Translations under genes and position numbers: made by a program
Assembly: GCA_963734545.1 (NCBI GenBank)
Contig: CAVTHO010000006.1
Coordinates: 128,001 to 192,000, forward strand
Source of the DNA: an uncultured Spirochaetota bacterium
GTDB lineage: Bacteria; Spirochaetota; Spirochaetia; SZUA-6; Fen-1364
DNA: 64,000 bases
Direction of reading: 5' to 3'
In this document: one piece after another, positions 40,827 through 51,415 of the stretch
How the letters are laid out: each line of letters begins with the position of its first letter
Position numbering within the stretch: position 1 is the first letter of the stretch
The notes under the pieces: generated by a model
Databases searched by the model: none
Told to the model about the DNA's origin: nothing
The model's input: only the letters and a program-made list of their open reading frames with translations

Positions 40827-42356
40827 TGTTCTTCCTTTCTCCTCTTCCGCCCAGCGATTCATCGATGCCAGCAGCGACATGTAGCGCTCGGTCCTGCGCC
40901 GGCACATCGGCGCGCGCCGCGGATCCGGCTCGGTGACCGCTCCGGTGCGAATCCACTTTGCGGCGGCAGCCTCGATGTCCTCGAGCACACCCACCCCGCT
41001 GCCCGCCAGGAGCGCGGAGCCGAGGGGCGCGCCTCCCGCGCCCATGACCTGCACGATCGGGACGCCCAGCGTGTCAGCCTTTATCCGGTTCCAGACCGCG
41101 CTCTTCTCTCCGCCGCCGGTGACGCGCACCTCGGCGACAGTGCCCGCGCCGAAGAGCTTCTCCAGCGTGCGCAGGTAGATGCCGTATTCCAGCGCCACCC
41201 CTTCCAGCACGGCGCGATAGAGGTGCCCGGGGCCGTGACTCCACGTGAGACCCACCCATGCGCCTCGAAGGTGAGGCTGGCTGGGACTGACCCGGCCGCC
41301 GAGATGCGGGATGAAGAAGGGATCGTCCTCGGCGGGCGTCACCGCTTCCGCCATCTCGTTCAGCCGCGGGAAGTCCGCCGCCTGTCCGGCCGCCGCGAAG
41401 GCGCCGGCAAGCTGCTCGCGGAACCACTCCAGGTTCATGCCGCCGCCGTTGATGTACGCGTAGGGGTGCCAGAGCCCGGGGATCGCCGAGCGGCCGCAGC
41501 TCAGGATCATGTCCTCCTCGTCGGCGCGGAAGTCCGCCGTGGTCGCGGCAAAGACCGACGCGGTGCCGGCAACGTCCACGCAGATGCCGGGCCGGGTGGC
41601 CCCGCAGGAGAGGAAGCTCGCGGCCGTGTCCCCGCAGCCGGCCACGACGGGCGTTCCTGCCGGAACGCCGCAGCGCGCGGCCATTTCCGCGGTCAGCTCA
41701 CCGACCACCTCCCGGGACGCCACGATACGCGGCAGCACGGCAGGATCGACTCCGAAGTCGCCTGCAGAGCGTCGGGTCCCACGCTCCCGCCCTGCTGTCG
41801 GCGAAGCCGGAGAAATGCAGGTAGCTCCTGTCGATGAACGCGCGCGAGCCGTCCATGCCGCACAGACGCATGACGGCGTAGCCGCCGGGTGCACGAAGGA
41901 GCGTATCTTGCGGTACGTCTCGGGCCGTTCGTTCTTCCACCAGAGGATCTTGGGCCCGTGGTTGAAGCTGGGCGGGCCGCCGGCCTTGCGCACGATTCTC
42001 CGGCCCGCGTCCTTCTGCATGCGCTCGATCCACGGGGCGCAGCGCGTGTCCAGCCACGAGTCGTAGGGCGTGACGTTTCTCCCGTCTTCACCCACCCCGA
42101 TGATCCCCGCCATCTGGCCGTCGATGGAGAGGGCACAGACCGACCCCGCACCGGATGCCTTTGCCGCGCACTCGGCAATGACCTCGCACGTGGAGCGGAG
42201 CTGCTGCTCGGGATCCTCCTCCACCACGCCCGGCGCGGGCCGGTGCAGGTCGGACTTGCGGAAGGCCTCTCCCCGGCAGCGGCCCTCCGCGTCGTAGACG
42301 GCCGCCTTGACCCCCTGGGTCCCGATATCGACGCCGACGAAAAGCTTGCTGCTCAT
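40823..42356 (-). CDS. FGGY/xylulokinase-family carbohydrate kinase
   Basis: GVDIGTQGVKA, DGQMAG, WLDTR, GCGDTAAS, LEGVALE, TGGGEKS. Confidence 0.9.
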
Positions 42357-43430
42357 GCGAACTCGATGACGTTCTTCAGGCCCCTGCCCGACATGACCTG
42401 CTCGAAGGAGGCGCGGATCCCGTCCAGGGGCGTGCTCATGGTGACGAGGTCCTTCACGACCAGCCGTCCCGAGGCCACCAGCGCGAGGGTCTGCCGGTAC
42501 TGGATGAGGCTCTGGCGCGAGGTGCCCGTGATCGTGATCTGTTTGTAGTGCACGAGGTTCGTGTCCAGCGGCACCTTGCTCTTTCCCTCCGGCAGCCCGC
42601 CGAAGAACATGACACGGCCGTTCACGCCGACCACCTCCAGGGCGAGAACCTGCGCATCTGCGGACGGCGCCGCGGTGATGCAGACGCTCACGCCTTTGCC
42701 CGCGGTGAGCGCGGAAAGGCGTTCCTTCAGCCCTTCGCTTTCCAGGGTGATGATGGCCGGCTCCACCTTCCGGCAGAGGGAGAGGCGCTCGGCGCTCAGG
42801 TCGTTCATGAAGACCTTTGCGGCGCCGGCCATGAGGGCAACCTTCGCATGCATGAGACCGATAGGCCCTGCGCCGATGACCAGCACCGTGTCACCGGGGA
42901 CAATGGCGATTCTCTGGAACGCGTTGTAGACGCAGGCCAGCGGCTCGACCAGGGCGGCGGACACGAAGTCCCCCCCTTCGGGGATCAGGAGCGAGATTGC
43001 CCTGGGACACCGCCTCCCGGGGGATCTTCATGAAGGGGGCAAACCCGCCCGGGATGTTGATGCCAAAGGCCTTGTAGGTGGCGCACATCTGGGTGTTGCC
43101 GCTCACGCACTGGTCGCAGACGCCGCAGCCCATGTTGGGGGCCACGGCCACGGCCATGCCCGGGCGGTACCCGTTCACGTCGGGGCCCACTGACTCGACG
43201 ACGCCGCTCACCTCGTGCCCGAGCACGAGCGGGCTGCCGGGCGTGGCGCCGCGCGCGCCGTTTCGGAACATGCGGATGTCGGTGCCGCAGATCGCCGCCG
43301 CCTTCACTTTGAGAAGTACTTCCCCTGTCCCGATCACGGGAACCGGTATGTCCTCCATCCTGAGGTCTTCCTTCCCGTACAGCAGCGCCGCCCGCATAGT
43401 GAATCCGCCGGGTACGTCGATGCTCTTCAC
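42353..43430 (-). CDS. Zn-dependent alcohol/polyol dehydrogenase (frameshift near 42980)
   Basis: AICGTD, LGHE, CGVCDQC..C, EPLAC, GAGPIG. Confidence 0.9.
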
Positions 43431-44469
43431 GCCTTTCTCCCTTCCACCCGCATCGGCGCGCGCTCGACGATCGAGCGGTTCCCCGCGTTCACCACGGCAA
43501 CCGCCATCCTGCCGTCGATGCCGCGCACGCGCGGCTCCCTTCCGTCGAGGATGCAGTCCACGAAGTCCTGGTCCTCCGCGGTAGTACGCTTCGGTGAACA
43601 GGGTGCGCCAGCTCTTCACGAAGGATCGGACGGTTCCCTTTGCCGTGGAGCAGCCTACGACCGAATCCTGCTCCGTCCTGCCGACGAACATCACGCCGCG
43701 CGTGCCCACGATCTCCATGCGCGCGTCGTACCCGTAGCCCACGGAGACGGCCCCGTCGATGAACCCCTGCCTGCCGTCCGCGAACCGGCAGACCATGGAC
43801 ACGTTGTCGTAGAAGTCGGGGTATTTCTGCGCCGCCTGCGGGCAGCGAAAGTTCCCGCCCAGCGCGTAGACTTCCTCGATCTCGCTTCCGACGAACCAGC
43901 GCGCCGCGTCGATGTCGTGGCTGTTGACCTCGGCCAGGGGGCCGTTGCTCGTGCGGATGTCGTACATCCATTCCTGGGGCACGCTCGGCCCGTGGGTGAG
44001 GGATTTCACGAGCACCACGTCACCGATTTCCCCTGCGTCGATGCGCTCCTTGGCCGCGCAGAAGCTTTCGTCGTAGCGGCGCATGAAGGCGACCTGGAGC
44101 CTGACACCGGCCTTGTCGCATGCCTGGATCATTGCATCACATTCGGCCACATCCATGGCCATGGGTTTTTCGCAGAGTACGTGCTTGCCGGCGCGTGCCG
44201 CCTGTATCACGACGTCACGATGAAGGGCCGTCGGGGTCACGACCACAACCGCGTGGACTTTCGGGTCTGCCAGTGCCTCCCGATAGTCCGCGTAGGCTGT
44301 TTCCACCTCCAGCTCCTTCCGCGCCTCCTCCAGTGTCGGGGCGTGGGCATCCACGAGGGCTGAGAGCCTGCCGCGGCTCACCCCGCGGGCGAAGTTCCGA
44401 GCGTGGATCATACCGGCCCTGCCCGGCCCCGATCACGCATACGCCGATCTTCCTCTCGTCTCTTGGCAT
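43427..44469 (-). CDS. Gfo/Idh/MocA (IolG-like) oxidoreductase (frameshifted)
   Basis: VCVIGAG, HVLCEKPMA, FMRRYD, HDIDAARW, YGYDARME. Confidence 0.9.
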
Positions 44470-44592
44470 TAGAAGATACTCTCCTGTCCTCTTGCGCCCG
44501 TGTGGATACTACATTTTATCAGTATGAGTGTGCCAGTTTTTTGTTTTCTGTCAAGTATTACCTTTTGCTATTATATCATTTCAAATAAAACC

Positions 44593-44647
44593 TTGACAAA
44601 TAGGACATCATGATGTTACGATCGCTAAGCTCTAAACGTCGTGACGT
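44593..44647 (+). promoter_or_regulatory. sigma70-like promoter with two palindromic operator candidates
   Basis: TTGACA-N18-TACGAT; ACATCATGATGT (44605-44616) and ACGTCGTGACGT (44636-44647). Confidence 0.7.
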
Positions 44648-44681
44648 CGTTACCAAGGCAAGAAAAGCGGAGCTGCAACTG

Positions 44682-45449
44682 ATGGAACGGGCGATTTCAC
44701 GATACCTGTGGGTCCACAATTCTCTCAAAGCCCAGATCGAGGCCGAAGACTTCAAAGTCGGAGACTTTCTGCCCCCCGAGCCTGAGCTGCAGAGGACTTT
44801 CCAGGTCAGTCGGACAACTGTGCGCAAGGCAGTGGAAATGCTCGCCCAGCAAGGCTTCGTCTATATCCGGCAGGGCAAAGGCACCCAGATCCTCGACTTC
44901 AAGGCCACGCAGAAGGCTCGGGTTCGTCACATCTTTTTCCGAGACGCTCCGCGAGCAGGGATTTACCGTCACGCAGGCCGATATCCGTGTCGACTACGTC
45001 TCTGCGCCGCGGCGGATCGCCGCGGATCTCGGAGTGGAGCCCGGACGCGCGTCTCGTGAGAATCGATCGTGTCACCCTGGCCAACGGCACCCCGATCGCC
45101 CTGATGACCAACTACCTGCTGCCCGAGCTCGTGCCCGGGCATCGAAAAACGGATCAGCGGGATGAGCTCCCTGTACTCGTTTCTGGAGTCCGAGTACAAC
45201 CTCATGATCGAGGCAGCAACGGATTTCATTTCCGCGCGGCAGGCCCTGCCGGAGGAAGCGGAGAAGCTCCAGATAGCGGAGGGCTCGCCGCTCCTGGTTG
45301 TCCGCCGCGATTCCCACAGCGGCGGCAGGCCCATCGAGGTGGCGATCCTGCTGATCGTGGCCGACAAGTACGAGTACTGCGTGCACACCAAGGAGAGGCC
45401 TCCGCGCACCGCGCGAAATCCGGCGGGCACGGGGAGCGGGCACCCATGA
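44682..45449 (+). CDS. GntR (HutC/UTRA) family regulator (frameshifted)
   Basis: LPPEPEL..VSRTTVRKAV..QGKGT; UTRA SLYSFLE..PIEV..DKYEY. Confidence 0.9.
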
Positions 45450-46147
45450 AGCTGACGGCACGTGACGTCGCAAAGCTGATCGACATCAGCGCTGTCCAGG
45501 CTCCCCACGGCGCCGCGGAGATCCGCAACCTCGTGGGCAACGCGAAGGAGTTTCATTTCATGGCGGTCCACGTCCTGCCCTGCTGGGTCACATTCCTGAA
45601 GGAGCTTCTCGCCGACAGCCCCGATATTCTGATCGGCGCGCCGGTCGGCTTCCCTTCGGGGGCGCACCGCACGGAGATCAAGGTCGCCGAGGCGACGGCT
45701 TCTTCTCCAGGACGGCGTGCAGGAAATGGACATGATGCTGAACGTCGGCAAGCTCCGCTCGGGCGAATACCGCTACTGCGAGGAGGACATCCGCGCCGTG
45801 GTCCGGGCAGCCGGCGAGGTGCCGGTCAAGGTGATCCTCGAGGTGCACTACCTGAGCCGCGACCAGCTCAAGAAGGCCTGCGAGGTGTGCATCAACGGCG
45901 GGCGCTGCCTTCGTCAAGACGGCCACCGGCTGGGCCGCGAGCGGCGCCACCCTCGAGGTGGTGCAGTTCATCACGTCGTTCGTCGGCGACGGCCATCAAG
46001 GTGAAGGCGGCGGGCAGCATCCGCAACCTCGACACGCTCGTGAAGATGTACAGGATGGGGGTGTCGCGGTTCGGCATCAACCTCAATTCCTCGATGGAGA
46101 TCGTCCGGTCGGTGGCGGCGCTGCCGGGCGGAGCGGTCGAGGTATGA
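45446..46147 (+). CDS. deoC: Deoxyribose-phosphate aldolase-like (frameshifted)
   Basis: VGFPSG, EMDMMLNVG, VKVILE, FVKTATG, KAAGSIR. Confidence 0.8.
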   Translation: MKLTARDVAKLIDISAVQAPHGAAEIRNLVGNAKEFHFMAVHVLPCWVTFLKELLADSPDILIGAPVGFPSGAHRTEIKVAEATASSPGRRAGNGHDAERRQAPLGRIPLLRGGHPRRGPGSRRGAGQGDPRGALPEPRPAQEGLRGVHQRRALPSSRRPPAGPRAAPPSRWCSSSRRSSATAIKVKAAGSIRNLDTLVKMYRMGVSRFGINLNSSMEIVRSVAALPGGAVEV

Positions 46148-47696
46148 GCGCGCGCGCAGTCGGTCGCACGATCATCGCCTACGACCTGGGAACGGGAGGC
46201 GCAAAGGCCTCGCTGTACCAGGTGGACGGGACCTGCCTGGCGAGCACCTTCGTCTCCTACGAGACCCTCTACCCGGACACCGGGTGGCACGAGCAGCGGC
46301 CCTCGGACTGGTGGAACGCGGTCGTGGAAAGCACGCGCGCCCTGCTGGCCAGGAAGCTGGTCCCCGCGGCCGACATCGAGTGCCTCGCCATTTCGGGCCA
46401 GAGCCTCGCCGTGATCCCCGTGGACGCGCAGGGGCGCGCCGCTGCGGGACTGCGATGCCCATCTGGTCCGACACGCGGGCCGCGCGGCAGACGGCGGCGT
46501 TCTTCCAGAAAGTGGACCGGGACCGCTGGTACATGACCACGGGCAACGGCTTTCCCGCCGAGTGCTACTCGGTGTTCAAGATCATGTGGTACCGGGACAA
46601 CGAGCCCGCGATGTTCTCCCGCATCGCACACGGTGCTCGGCTCCAAGGACTGGGTCAACCTCCGTCTGACCGGCGGAATGCCTGACCGACTATCTCCTAC
46701 GCCTCCGGCAGCGGCGTCTACGACCTGCTCGGCTGGAAGTACAACCCGGAAGTTCATCCGGGCGAGCGGCGCTGCCGGAGTCGCTCTTTCCCGAGATCGT
46801 TGCCTCCACGACGATCATCGGCACGCTGACCGCGGAGGCAGCCGCCGCGCTGGGACTTCCGCGAAGGCGTGAAAGTGGCCTGCGGCGGCGTGGACAACTC
46901 GTGCATGGCGCTGGGCGCGCGCAACACCGGGTGAAGGCAGGGTGTACACCTCCCTGGGCTCCTCCTCCTGGATCGCCGTCTCCTCCGCAAAGCCGGTGCT
47001 GGACCCGAAGGCGAAGCCGTACGTGTTCACGCACGTGATCCCGGGCCTCTTCACCTCCGCCGTGAGCATCTTCGCGGGCGGCAGCTCCTTCCGCTGGATC
47101 CGTGACGCCCTGTATGGGCCGGGCGCCGGCGCACGGCCGGGACGCGTACGACGTGATGAACGAGCTGGCAGCCTCCTCGCCCGTCGGCGCCAACAAGCTC
47201 ATGTTCAATCCCAGCCTTGCGGGGGGCAGCTCGCAGGAGCCCAGCCCGCACATCCGCGGCGGCTTCTCGGGCATCGACCTTCGGCACACGCGCGGGGACC
47301 TCGTCCGCGCGGGCATGGAGGGAATTGCCCTGAACCTCGCGGCAGTGCTCGAGGTGCTGCGCCGCTTCGTGCCCCTTTCCCCCGAGATGCTGATGGTGGG
47401 CGGCGGCAGCAAGAGCGCGCTCTGGCGGCAGATCTTCGCGGACGTCTACCAGCATGGACTGCGTGAAGACCAACGTCGACCAGGAGGCGGGCTCACTCGG
47501 GGCGGCCGCGGTGGCCGCGGTCGGGGCCGGGCTCTGGAGGGCTTCGAGAAGATCGACGAGGTGCACAGGTGGAGAGCGTGGCAGAAGCCCGACCCCGCGC
47601 AACGCGGAGACGTACCGCAGGCTCATGCCGGCGTTCGAGATGGTGCGCAGGCACCAGGCGGAGCTGGGAGACCTGCTGCACGGCATCGACATCTGA
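46144..47696 (+). CDS. FGGY-family carbohydrate kinase (many frameshifts)
   Basis: YDLGTGGAKA, ISGQS, WSDTRA, SLGSSSW, MEGIALN, GGGSKS. Confidence 0.88.
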
Positions 47697-47709
47697 AGGA
47701 GGACAGGGC

Positions 47710-48685
47710 ATGAAGATCGGACTGTTCACGGCAACCTTCCTGGACACGAAGCTCGACGAGGTGTGCACCATGGCGGCGGACCTGGGCTACCAGGCCGTGG
47801 AGCTGCCCGCGTTCACGGGAAACCCGCACCTGGATCTGGATGAGACGCTGAAGGGAAGCAACGCGAAAAGCCTCGCTGAAGATGGTGAACGGACACGGCC
47901 TCGTCATTTCCGCGCTCGCCAACCACCCCGAGGGGCAGATCGTCCTGGGGCCGTACGGCAAGGACACCGACGCCATCTGCAAGGGGACGAAGGAAGAGAA
48001 GATCAAGTTCGGCACCGAGCGGATGATCAAGACCGCGCAGGCGGCAAATGCCCTCGGCGTCCCCGTGGTGACGGGGTTCCTCGGGTGCGAGAACTTCGGC
48101 CGCTTCTTCCCCTGGCCGTATTCCAAGGGGCTGGGCCGACATGGAGCAGGAGCTCGTGGAGCGATGGGGAAAGATCCTGGACAAGTTCGCGCGAGTACGG
48201 AGTGAAGTTCGCGCACGAGCCGCACCCCAACGAGCTGGTCTACGACGTGGACACGGCGCTGCGCGCCGTGGAGCTCCTGGGCGAACAGGAAGGAGTTCGG
48301 CTTCAACTTCGATCCGGCCAACCTCATCTACCTGGACATCAACGTGGAGAACTTCATCGACCAGCTCAAGGGACACATCCTGCACGTGCACGCGAAGGAC
48401 GGCGAGGTGGTGGAGCACAACGTGAAGCGCTCGGGACGCATTCCGCAGGGAGACTGGCAGAGGCTGGGACGGGGGTTCCGCTTCCGCATCCCCGGCTGGG
48501 GCTCGGTGCCCTGGAAGAAGGTCATCACGGAGCTGTCCCTGATCGGGTACGACTACGTGATGAGCTACGAGCACGAGGACGTGACCATGAGCCGGCAGGA
48601 CGGCATCACCAAGACGATCGCCTACCTGAAGCCGCTGCTCATCGACAAGCCCTACGAGGGCCGGCACGACGTGCTGTTCAACTGA
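47710..48685 (+). CDS. Sugar phosphate isomerase/epimerase (xylose-isomerase-like TIM barrel; frameshifted)
   Basis: HEPHP, NFDPAN, HVHAKD, PGWGSVPW, SYEHED. Confidence 0.88.
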
Positions 48686-48711
48686 GACGGCGAAAGGAAG
48701 GCAGGCGCACT

Positions 48712-49776
48712 ATGGCGGAGACAATGAAAGCAGCGGTCGTGGAGAAACCCGGCACCCTGGTGATCAAGCAGGTGCCTGTTCCCACGATCGACGAGAATGA
48801 AGTGCTGATCAAGGTGAAGTACACCGGCATCTGCGGCACGGACTGGAGCATCTTCACCGGCAAGTATTCGGCGGACAAGCTGCCCCTGATCCCGGGACAC
48901 GAGTTCTCGGGCGTGGTGGCCAAGGTGGGCAAAAAGACACGGGGCATCAAGGAAGGGGACCGGGTCACGGCGGACATCAACATGTCCTGCGGCACCTGCT
49001 TCTACTGCCGGCAGGGCCAGAAGCTCATGTGCCGGGATTTCCACCAGCTCGGCATCCACGTGGACGGCACCTACGCCGAGTACGTGAAGGCGCCATTCGA
49101 CCAGGTGCACAAGCTGCCCGACTCCCTGAGCTTCATGGCAGGCGCGTTCATCGAGCCCGTCTCCTGCGTCATCCACTCGTCCAAGGCGGCAAAGGTCACG
49201 CACGGCAGCTCCGTGGCGGTCATCGGCAGCGGCCTCGGGGTGCTGCACGGCCTGCTCGCCCGGCTTCGCGGCGCCGCGCCGGTCATCGTGATCGGGGACA
49301 ACGCGAAGCGGCTTGCCATCGCGAAGGAGTTCGGGGTCGACGTCACGATCAACATCAAGGACGGAAAAGACCCCGTTGCGGAAGTGAAGAAGCTCACCGA
49401 CGGACGCGGCGCGGATTTCGTCGTGGAAGCGGTCGGCACGCCGAAGACCTACGAGCAGGCATTCGAGATGGTGCGCCCCGGCGGCACGATTGCCGCGTTC
49501 GGCATCTGCGCCGGTGACGACACGATCAAGGTGAGGCCGTTCGACCTCGTGCTGGGGGAGAAGACCGTCGTGGGCTCCTGCGCCGGCGTGGGAACAGACT
49601 GGACGGACGCGATGGCTCTCATTGCCAACGGCCACATCAAGCCGGAGAGCATGTTCTCCATGGTCGTTCCCCTGGAAGAGCTCGAGGCCGCGCTGAAGCA
49701 GCTGCGCACCGACCCGAACCTGTTCAAGGTGTTCGTGTCCACCGAGATTTCCAAGCGGGAAATCCTCTCGAAGTAA
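48712..49776 (+). CDS. Zn-dependent alcohol/polyol dehydrogenase
   Basis: GICGTD, PGHEFSG, CGTCFYC..C, IEPVSC. Confidence 0.92.
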   Translation: MAETMKAAVVEKPGTLVIKQVPVPTIDENEVLIKVKYTGICGTDWSIFTGKYSADKLPLIPGHEFSGVVAKVGKKTRGIKEGDRVTADINMSCGTCFYCRQGQKLMCRDFHQLGIHVDGTYAEYVKAPFDQVHKLPDSLSFMAGAFIEPVSCVIHSSKAAKVTHGSSVAVIGSGLGVLHGLLARLRGAAPVIVIGDNAKRLAIAKEFGVDVTINIKDGKDPVAEVKKLTDGRGADFVVEAVGTPKTYEQAFEMVRPGGTIAAFGICAGDDTIKVRPFDLVLGEKTVVGSCAGVGTDWTDAMALIANGHIKPESMFSMVVPLEELEAALKQLRTDPNLFKVFVSTEISKREILSK

Positions 49777-49784
49777 GGACGGCC

Positions 49785-50198
49785 ATGCGGCTCAAGGGCA
49801 TCGATCACGTGTCGATCAACGTGAAGGACATGGGCGTCTCCGCGGCATTCTACGGAGGCGTTCTTGGCCTGCGCAGGCTCCAGACCGTGCCCATGGACGG
49901 GGGTTTTGCCATCACCTACTTCGAGATCCCCGGCGGGGGCCGGCTCGAGCTGTTCGACTACGGCGGGAAGAATCGCGATGTTCCGCGGGAGGAGAGCGAC
50001 GCAGGGCTGCGGCATCTCGCCTTCACAGTCGACGACGTGGCTGTCGCCGAAAAGACGCTGCGGGAGAAGGGCGTGACGATCGTGCTGCCCACGACGGACA
50101 TTCCGTCGTTGGGCGCCCGGGTTCTTCTGTTCCTCGATCCCAACGGCGTGACCCTGGAGTTCTGCGAAAAGCTCGTTCCGGCATCAGGAAGGAGCTGA
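49785..50198 (+). CDS. VOC/glyoxalase family protein
   Basis: IDHVSINV, LELF, HLAFTVDD, DPNGVTLE. Confidence 0.92.
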   Translation: MRLKGIDHVSINVKDMGVSAAFYGGVLGLRRLQTVPMDGGFAITYFEIPGGGRLELFDYGGKNRDVPREESDAGLRHLAFTVDDVAVAEKTLREKGVTIVLPTTDIPSLGARVLLFLDPNGVTLEFCEKLVPASGRS

Positions 50199-50271
50199 GA
50201 GTACCGGCGGCACGGTAATGTGGTCTTCCGGTCCCTGTCAGGGACCTAGAAAAATTGCGGGAGGTGCGCGG

Positions 50272-51358
50272 ATGAAGAAGACGATTGTGATCCTTCTCAT
50301 GGTGTCTCTGGCGATGGTAGTCGCACTCGCCGGATGCTCGAAGGGAGGCGGAAAGGCAGCCGCGCCCACGGTGAGCGCGGGCGGCGGGACCGCCGCGGAC
50401 GTGACGGTGAACACGTCGAAGTACAAGAAGAGCGGCAAGGTCACGATCGGCCTTTCCTGGGAAGGGCCGCTCAATGACTACTCGAAGGCGATCATGTACA
50501 ACGTCCAGTACACCCTGGAACAGAAGTACAAGGACCGCGTGGCAAAGGTGATCTACGCTCCCGCTGACGGCGACAAGAACAAGCAGATCAACACGGTGGA
50601 GGACATGCTCACCAAGAAGATCGACCTGCTGCTTTACCAGCCGATCAGCGAATCCGCCGGCGTTGCCGTCATCGAGAAGGCGATGGGCATGGGCATCCCC
50701 GTCATCGTGTTCGGGGCGGGCCTCCTGACCGACACCTACGTCTCGTACTGCAACATCGACAACTACGGCATCGGCGTCGCGGAGACCGACTGGGTCGTGA
50801 AGCAGATGGGCGGAAAAGGCACGATCCTGCAGATGGTCGGCGAGCCGGGCAGCGGCTACACCGAGGACTACATCAGGGGATGCACGGCGGCGCTCAAGAA
50901 GTACCCGGACATCGCGCTGGCCAACCGGATCTATGCCTACTATTCCACGGCAACGGCGAAGCAGGCTATGGAAACCCTGCTGAACACCAACCCCGACATC
51001 ACCGGCGTGCTGTGCCAGGGCGGCCACATGGCCCTGGGCGTCCTCGAGGCGTACGCGGACAAGAAGAAGCCCCTCCCCGCGATCACGGTGGACGACATCA
51101 ACCTCTTCATGAATGCCGCGGCGAAGATGAAGTTCACCAATTTCGTCGTGGTGAGCGGCGGCAGCGAAGTCTCAGCCGACGCCTGCGAAGTGGCCATGAA
51201 GGTGCTCAATGGCGAGCCGGTCAAGAAGACCACTCTTTCGCCCGTGAAGCTTTACACGGCCGACGAGATGGCGAAGCTGATCCCCGACGGGGATGTCAGA
51301 CGGATACTGGGCCCTGAACAAGATCCCGGCCGAGTTCGTGAAGAACTACTTCAAGTAG
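50272..51358 (+). CDS. Sugar ABC transporter substrate-binding lipoprotein (frameshift near C-terminus)
   Basis: Lipobox LAGC, RbsB-like body; ends ..KNYFK* in shifted frame. Confidence 0.88.
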
Positions 51359-51374
51359 ACCGGGACGAAGATTC

Positions 51375-51404
51375 GCACGGGGGGCCGCAAAGGCTCCCCC
51401 GTGC
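51375..51404 (+). other. Intercistronic stem-loop after SBP gene
   Basis: GCACGGGGGGCC-GCAAA-GGCTCCCCCGTGC, no U-tract. Confidence 0.65.
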
Positions 51405-51415
51405 GTCCGAGGGAG

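Noticed and set aside
40356-42356. Kinase-cupin isomerase fusion
   Set aside because: An AAAGGAAG RBS precedes the internal ATG, and one indel would give a normal ATGA stop/start overlap; probably two genes
42891-44411. Gfo/Idh/MocA-ADH fusion
   Set aside because: Caused by a frameshift near 43580; the correct frame ends in a GTGA overlap at 43427-43430
45411-45436. Degenerate copy of the 37383-37406 repeat flank at the GntR C-terminus
   Set aside because: Too short and mismatched to separate from chance in GC-rich DNA
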